From Trichinella spiralis (Eukaryota), in NCBI RefSeq assembly GCF_000181795.1, contig NW_003526940.1, positions 1,213,527 to 1,277,526 on the forward strand: 64,000 nucleotides of DNA. The letters run 5' to 3'. The position numbers and the translations under genes were made by a program. How positions within the stretch are numbered: the first letter of the stretch is position 1; each line of letters starts with the position of its first letter. Below, one piece after another: positions 56,500 through 64,000 of this stretch. Under the pieces are notes generated by a model that had not been told where the DNA came from, ran no database searches, and saw only the letters and a list, made by a program, of their open reading frames with translations.

Positions 56500-59047
56500 T
56501 CAATGCAAACTGATACTGAGAATTCGAATTTCATCGAATGGTTTATTGTTCTTTGGATTCGTCTTCACTTGGTTGATGTTTTGAACAATTTCCATTCCTT
56601 TGGTCACTCTTCCAAAGATTGTATGTTTTCCATCCAAGTGTGGCTTTAATTTGAAACAAAAAAACAAGTACAGAAAACAAAAAATAATTTTCCAGGAAAT
56701 AACAATTTGCACTTACAGCTGGAACGACGGTGATGAAAAACTGAGATCCGTTGGTGTTTGGACCACAGTTGGCCATGCTCAACATGTAAGGGCGATCGTG
56801 TTTCAGAGATGGGTGAAATTCATCTTCAAAATCTGAACCCCAGATGCTTTCACCACCTGACCCGCTTCCTACAGACAAACAACCAGTGTGACACATTAAT
56901 TAATTAATTACAATGGACGCTGCGTAAATGATAAAATCTGCCTCACCAGTTGGATCGCCGGTCTGTATTATGAAACTTTTGATCACCCGGTGAAAAATGT
57001 GCATATTGTAATAGCCTCGTTTGGCGAGAGTGCAAAAATTTTCAACCGCCTTCGGACATCTTTAAACAATTAATTCAATACAGACATTACAAAGAGGAGA
57101 AATTATGTTTCGTAACTTACAATTTTGGATACAGTTCGCATTGTATATCTCCAAAAGAAGTGTGAATAATGCACGATTCGTTCAAACTTTTCGACAAATC
57201 CTTTTCCTTTAAAATAAATCAGTTGTAAGTTGTATTTTATTAATGATGAATAAAAACAGCACACCTCCATCGTGGTCGTGAGATCCTCTTGCCGTGGCTT
57301 CTCGTTGAAAACGTCTCGTTCATTTTCTTTCCCAGACGTATAGGGTTCCTGGTTGGTAAAAATGTAAAATCGGTACTTCTTGTACGCGGTTGCAATGAGC
57401 ATCGGATCCGGTTCGGCTCTTTTCAAAATGGGATTTTCCGAAGCTTCCATTTCCATCGTTATCGACGAACTAGTGCCGGCTTTTTCCACAGCAGCAGCTG
57501 GCACTGCTCGGCACAATGCAATATTGAGAAAACGTAAATTTTCCGTCTTTCCTGTTCCAAACAAACAAACAAATGAAAACAACAACAACAATTACAAGAA
57601 ATTAATACCAATTATTCGAATGCATCGATTGGTTTTCACGTTGATCACTTTGATACCGACCAATGTCGGTATGAGAATGAAATTGCCACTTTCGTCATAC
57701 AGAACCTTCGTCAAACTCAATGTATCGAGATGCTGTTGTATATCTTTTTCCATAGCTATACGCCTGTTGTAATCCATCGTTGATAAACCGTATCGATCTG
57801 TAGCTTCCAAATAGTTTTTCACACTTTCGTCAATGACTTTGAATATTTTTCCCGTTTCGAATCTGTGATCAGAAGAAAATTTCTATTCTAAACACACTGC
57901 ATCATTTGAAAAATAATATTATTATTTACTTGAAAAAACGAAGCAGTCGATCCGTTGCATAAGTGACGAACTCTTTTCCGTCCGGAGTGAAAGTCAAGCA
58001 GAGTAGTTTGACTTTTGCTTTCGCAAATTCGTACAGGTCGGTATCAATTTTGAAATCCCAACCGACCGCATGTTTCGGAAACTGATAATCATGCCTGGGG
58101 CCGCTCCACAATTCCAAAATTGATTCACTATCTGCCGATATAGCGGAGTCGTACAAATAATTATACTGCAAACAGATTTGCAAATCACAATTACAACATC
58201 CGAACAAGCTTTCCCTTCCACCCCCCCCCTACAGGCTCATACTTCGATCAATTGCACTTCTTTGTAATGCAATTTTAACTCGTGAATTGGCTCATTGGTA
58301 CCACGAGAGTCGTAAATGAAAATAGAAGGTGAATCACTCGCCGACACTGCCACGGCTGCAATCGGATCCGCTGCCGCGTGTACAAAACAGCACGTAGCTG
58401 GAACGTATTCGAATCGCATCATGTTGATCATATCAAAATTTGCCACATCAAATATTTTCAAAGATTTATCAGTGGAAATAGTGCACAACAACGTTCCATT
58501 CGAATTCACTGCCATGTGCTTGATCGCATCTACAATTATCACATTTGCAATGCAATTAGTGATTTATCATTTAAAAATTGAAAATGAAAAAATTTTACTT
58601 TGATGACAACGAAAATGTTTCACAAATTCAATGCCTTCGTTGTGTAGTTTCTTCCAAAATTTTACGTGGCCATCAGTACTTGCGGTAATTATAAAATCAG
58701 TTCTGAACAATTTTCAATATACAAACAAATTACAGCTCAAGAATAACTTAAAAATTAAAATTTTCCCTTATTTTATACTTTTTACATAAACAAAACCTAC
58801 TTGGTGGCAATAACGTGAGTAATTGTATTGCGGTGCATGAAAGACTTTTCATAAGCTTCCGCAGATGGAATATTACGCAAATAGACATCTTCGAACTCAA
58901 GTGCTAAACAATTATGCATTAATCTAAAAATTAAAACAAACGCAAATGCAAACTTTTCCGCTGTTTTGCAGGTGGCGCTGATTCGCATTCACTCAACAAT
59001 GGACCACATTCTTCCCGTTCGCTTTCCTCTTCGCTAATTTTCATCAT
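56500..59047 (-). CDS. PPWD1: Peptidylprolyl isomerase domain and WD repeat-containing protein 1 (cyclophilin), multi-exon
   Basis: [70 protein letters not shown], and the cyclophilin domain [86 protein letters not shown]. Confidence 0.96.
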
Positions 59048-60308
59048 TCACATACGCTACAATTATCTTCAAAACAACAAAGTTCTATTTTAAGATCAAC
59101 ATTACAGTGTAGGTTAAAAAATAATCGCAATATACAATCAAAGCAAAATCGAATTCTGATTTTCAAAAAGCGTTCAACGCAAAAGTCTCTGTCGTGCAAC
59201 CATTTACTTTACGTCAAAACCAGTAAAACTTTAAAAGCTAAAAAAAGAATTCTTGCAAAATTTAACACTAATTTCTAATCATATTAAAGGATATATTGGT
59301 GGAAAATAAAATTGTACGTAAGTAAAATTAAAAAACATACAAAAAACTCACAAATCGAACTTTTTAAGCATCAATGATTTTGTCATGGATATACTGTATT
59401 TATTTGAACTTAATTTTATAAACTTTATTACTGTATTGTTTATGCATTATAGTAGATGATTTTTTTGTTCAATATAAATAATATTATGCATATATTTATT
59501 TATTATAATATATTTTTATCAATATAATATTTAAGAAGTGAAAACTTAGTACAAAATATGATTTTCATTCTTTGCTTCATTACTGTCCGTTATATTACAA
59601 TTTGAAGTGTAGTGAAACTTATCATAACTTAAAATTAAATTTTAAACAGAATTTTCATTTTAAATGTCGCAACATAGATAAATATTTCAATAAACAAAAT
59701 ATTTCTATGAAATTTTTATTTTAAAAATTGTTAAGATGTTTATCTTAAAAATGATAATAATTAATTTGGCAATTCTTTTGCTAATCATTTATAAACTTTA
59801 AAAAAATTAAAAAAATATTTTTCAATCGTTTACCGTATGAATACATAAGTGTTGCCGTAAACTATAAAGTGCAGATACTTTTTGTAGGTGGCTAAAATAC
59901 TTTAGAATTATTTTTTGAACATGTCAAATTCCCACATTTAATACATTTGAATCTTTTTTATACATTCAGCTAATATTTACTGACAATGTTACAAAGTTTG
60001 TTACAATTAGCTGCTTTAAATCTTGAATATTGTCATTTGAATATGGTTTTTTTATGACAGTTTTTGATTGTACATGTTGACTTACTGTATACGTTTATGA
60101 ATTCTTTCCAGAATTGCATTCAGAGTTAGATGATTGCTTTTAATTTTAATCTTATGGTTTAGTGCGTTTGTTTTAATTTTTAGTTAAGCTGTTCATTTAA
60201 ATAGTTAATTTATCTTTTTCAGATAATTATTGATTTCATCGCGTTTGCATTATTTGTTCCATTGTAAAGTTTCATTGACTGTCAGTTCTTCTGTCATTTC
60301 ACGATTTT

Positions 60309-63300
60309 ATGGCCTCTGACCTGTCAGGGTGTAGTTCTGAAACCAACGAAGACCAGCCTGGAGAAATACAGTGGTACTTTTCTCAAATCAAGGGCCAGAT
60401 TGAAACTGAAGTTATTAATGAAGGTAATAAGTGAACTTTAATGTTATACGGTTATGTTCAAAAGTAAATATTTATATGTAGCATAATCACTACGAATAAT
60501 TACTTTAGTGTATTTGCTTTACTGTATAGAAAGATTAATTTTTAAAGATTTTGGAATTAATGAATGTTTATTTAGTTTTACCAACTGTAGTTACATTACA
60601 ATTTTTAACACAATTTTAAGTAAAGGGTTGAAAGTTTTCAGTTTTATTAATTTATTTTTCATAAAACGTTAATTTTGAAAAATATTTGGAAATGACTGTA
60701 TGATTTTATTCAGCTTTATTTGCATTTATAGAAAAAGTATTAAATTTTTGCTTACATTCTTCTTTTTTGATAAAACATTTCATTTTATTTGATAAAACAA
60801 ATTTTATTTATTATTTCTTTCAAAAGCATGTATTTGACTAATTAAAGATACCTATTATGAACCTGTGATAGACAATTGATGTATTTCACTTTATTATGAA
60901 AATTAAGTATTAAAACTCGACACAGTCATTCTCTTGTACTATCTTATTCAAGTTTGTATCAGATATAGCCTCGTCGAAGTTGATGTTTTATTTGGTCATT
61001 TATATATGCTTAAATTTCTTGATTGTTTTCGCCGTTTGCTTGATAAACATTTGTAAAAATGTCTGAAGGGTGTTAATTTTTTTTTGTTTTACATCTTTTT
61101 TTCAATGTGCTTGATTGAACTTGTTTTCAGTTTTTCTTGTTCATTTAAATTTTTACTAATGCATGCATTTGAGGTTAATATAACGGTAAATTACAATTAT
61201 GTTAAATTATTTCAAGGGTAAAAATATGAATTTTTTGGAATTGTATCGTGAATTTTTGTTTCTTTTTCGGAACATCTTAATTTGCAACAGGTTTTACAGG
61301 GCTGACTTCTGCTAAAGTCTATTACTAATTTCCCACGCGATGTCATCATCGAAATGTAAAAAGAATTAGTGGTGACGGAATATCATCTGACGAGATGTTC
61401 GCTATTCTTATTTTTAACTGATTGATTTCTTAAAAGCAGTTCAATTTGCACTAATCATTTGTCGCTTACGCAGTTCATCAAAGATTGATTTGTACGCACT
61501 TTGCAGATAATGTTTGTTAGTTATTTTTTGATTTACAGTAATAACTGATGACACTCAAGTTTTATTTGCAGTTATTATTTTTTGTTTGAATTTTAGTTTG
61601 GTTATCATTTGAGCAATATTATTCATTGCTCTCTCGTAATTCACGGTATTTCATTCTGTTTTGAGGTATTTTTTGTGTCGAAACGTATACAACATAAGGC
61701 AAATATATTTACCTTAGATTTTTTACTGTTTTTTGTCAGTGTCAGTGACAGTCAGTTTGTGATGGTTGATTCATTTTGGGAAAAAAGACTGTTTCGTGAA
61801 TGTAAGCATTTAAATTATGATCATAATTCATGTTTGTATGATTTATTTAAAGTGTATTTTTTTGATATTTTTATGTTTTCAAAATTTACGTATTGTGAAA
61901 TTTTTTCAGCCGATGTAATATCATGCGTTGAATTTAATCATGATGGTGAATTGCTGGCTACCGGTGATAAAGGCGGACGCATTGTAATATTTCAACGTGA
62001 TCAAAGCGTGAGTAATTGCTGCTCTTATCTTGCTGACCTATTATTGATATTGCAACGTCAATTATTTAAATAAGGGAACAGGTTGTGTTTCTTAATTTGT
62101 GTAATAGAAATTTTTTTTTATTCTTACTAATTGAAGAAGAAAATTGGCATTCTTTTTTTAATGATATTGTCATTTAAATTTTTAAAAATAAAATGGAATA
62201 ACTGCTTGAATGTTGAGCAGTTTAATTTTACACTTATAACTGTTATGAGGTTCGTTTGCAGAATAAAAGAGTATTATTAAATGATTAAATTTGATAAGAG
62301 AATGGGTTAAAAGGCTTTATTATTTTTTTTGAATGGAAATATAACCTCCCGGTGAATTTATGGTTTTTTTATTAAATTGGTAAAANNNNNNNNNNCAATC
62401 TGTGGCCCCATTGAAATCCATTATTCAAAGGTTTCAGTTATGCAATTTTCTTTTTTATTAATTAATTGTATGAGAAGTGCAGAGGATGAACGTTTGTTCA
62501 TTTGTGTCTGTATGTAGATATAGTTGATGCGAAGCCGGCTAATATGGAAGATTTAGCTGAAGTGATCCACAGGAGCAACTTTTCATTCCAGAGCACTGTA
62601 ATCTTTTTGCCTACTCGAGCAGCAGAGGTACCATTCGCCTGTGCGATATGCGCGATAGGGCATTGTGCGATCATCCAGCTTGTGGTACTTTTCCATTTTG
62701 ATTTGCTTTTATGTTACCGAATTGTTCATTGTTTAATTCAGTGTTCGAAGAGCCGGAAGATACTAGTAGCAACACATTTTTCACGGAAATAATTGCTTCG
62801 GTATCAGATGTGAAATTTTCATATTGCGGCGATTATTTGCTCACAAGAGATTATCTCACTTTGAAAGTAAAATAGTTACTGTTGATGATTAAATTATGAA
62901 AATAAAGTATTAATTGTTGCCATTGATTTTCAGGTTTGGGATCTGAAAATGCAAAACAGACCGTTGGAAACGTACGATGTTCACGATTACTTGCGTAGTC
63001 GTCTGTGTACCCTGTATGAAAACGATTGCATGTTCGACAAATTCGAGTGTTGTTGGAGTGGAGACAATAGGTGAGAAAATTAATTAATTAATTGAATGGT
63101 GATTAATTAATTAATTAATTGTCAAACTTTCAGACATTTGCTGACTGGTGCCTATAATAATTTTTTTCGCACATTTAATCGCGAAAGCGGAACCGACATG
63201 ACTTTGGAAGCGACCCCAGAATTGGCGCAATTTCACACGATGCTTTCTCCGAAGAGGGTCTGCTATGGAAGCAAGCGAAGAAAGGATGAATTCACACCGG

Positions 63301-63410
63301 ACGCATTGGATTATTCGAAAAAAATTCTCCACTGCGTCTGGCATCCACAGGATAACATTATTGCTGCAGCGGCAACCAACAATCTCTACATATTCAACGA
63401 TTACAATTGA
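60309..63410 (+). CDS. PPP2R2: PP2A 55 kDa regulatory subunit B (B55/PR55; sur-6/twins orthologue), central exons missing at an assembly gap
   Basis: [145 protein letters not shown]. Confidence 0.95.
62386..62395. other. Assembly gap (10 N) inside the B55 gene
   Basis: Run of n; conserved B55 exons are absent across it. Confidence 1.
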
Positions 63411-64000
63411 GTTCGGCGAATTATTTTTGTTGTTTGTTTTTTCTTATTTTTTTCTATTTAATTATTAAATAATTTTCACCAGTTTTTTTAATAGGAATAT
63501 GTCATGTTGATGTTTGTATTTTATTTTGTTTCACCGGACTGTCTTGCCGTTGCAATTTGATTATTGGTTATTATTATTATTATTATTATTATTTATTATT
63601 ATGCTTTTTTTCAAACGTTTCTCCTATCCCAAAGACGAGGATTCATGGTCAGTCCGTCGTTTATTGTTTTCTCATTTTTTCTCAAAAAAAAGGGATTGGG
63701 CGACCGATGCCTTTGTAATATGTCTTTTTCTGCCATTTATTTAAATTATTTATTTATTTTTATTTCAAATTTTCAAATAATCGTAATTTTTACACATTGT
63801 TAAAGACTGTTATAACTGTCGTTGAATGATGATCGTTTTACCGATATTTTCAACTTTTGCACTTTAGCTACGTTTTCGTTAGAAATTAAAGGCTTTATAT
63901 ATTATTATTCTATTGGCATTCGAATCGGTATTTTTGAAGAAAATTACATCATGCATCTTATGCAAAAACGCATTGCGAAGTTAAACTGAGCTGGTGCTGA

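Noticed and set aside
63514..63803. Poly-Leu/poly-Ile ORFs after B55
   Set aside because: Produced by a (TTA)n microsatellite in the 3' region.

Overview
AT-rich eukaryotic genomic DNA with many short (~55-110 nt) GT-AG introns. It looks like a nematode, most likely a Trichinella-like clade I parasite (inference from composition, intron size and repeat types). Layout: (1) 1-20 kb, a dense gene block: CDC23/APC8 (5'-truncated), a 3-LIM protein, an unknown secreted protein, an equilibrative nucleoside transporter, PC4/SUB1, a SID-1/SIDT-family membrane protein, an EMRE-like ORF abutting a UPF0449/C19orf25-like ORF, and SSRP1. (2) 20.8-35.6 kb, a transposon graveyard bracketed by a ~2.9 kb direct duplication, with Ty3/gypsy and BEL/Pao relics and nested solo LTRs. 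(3) 35.9-42.2 kb, a BRSK/SAD-1 kinase. (4) 44-56 kb, a second repeat island with piggyBac, Tigger, MULE and LTR relics. (5) PPWD1 and a PP2A B55 subunit, head-to-head; the B55 gene is broken by an assembly gap. The most striking observation is the zero-spacer, in-frame TAA-ATG junction between the EMRE-like and UPF0449-like ORFs, which suggests a bicistronic, readthrough or alternatively spliced locus. Also notable is a dispersed repeat carrying CCAAT boxes phased at exactly 24 nt. All homology calls come from motif recognition, not database searches, and exon limits were read by eye.
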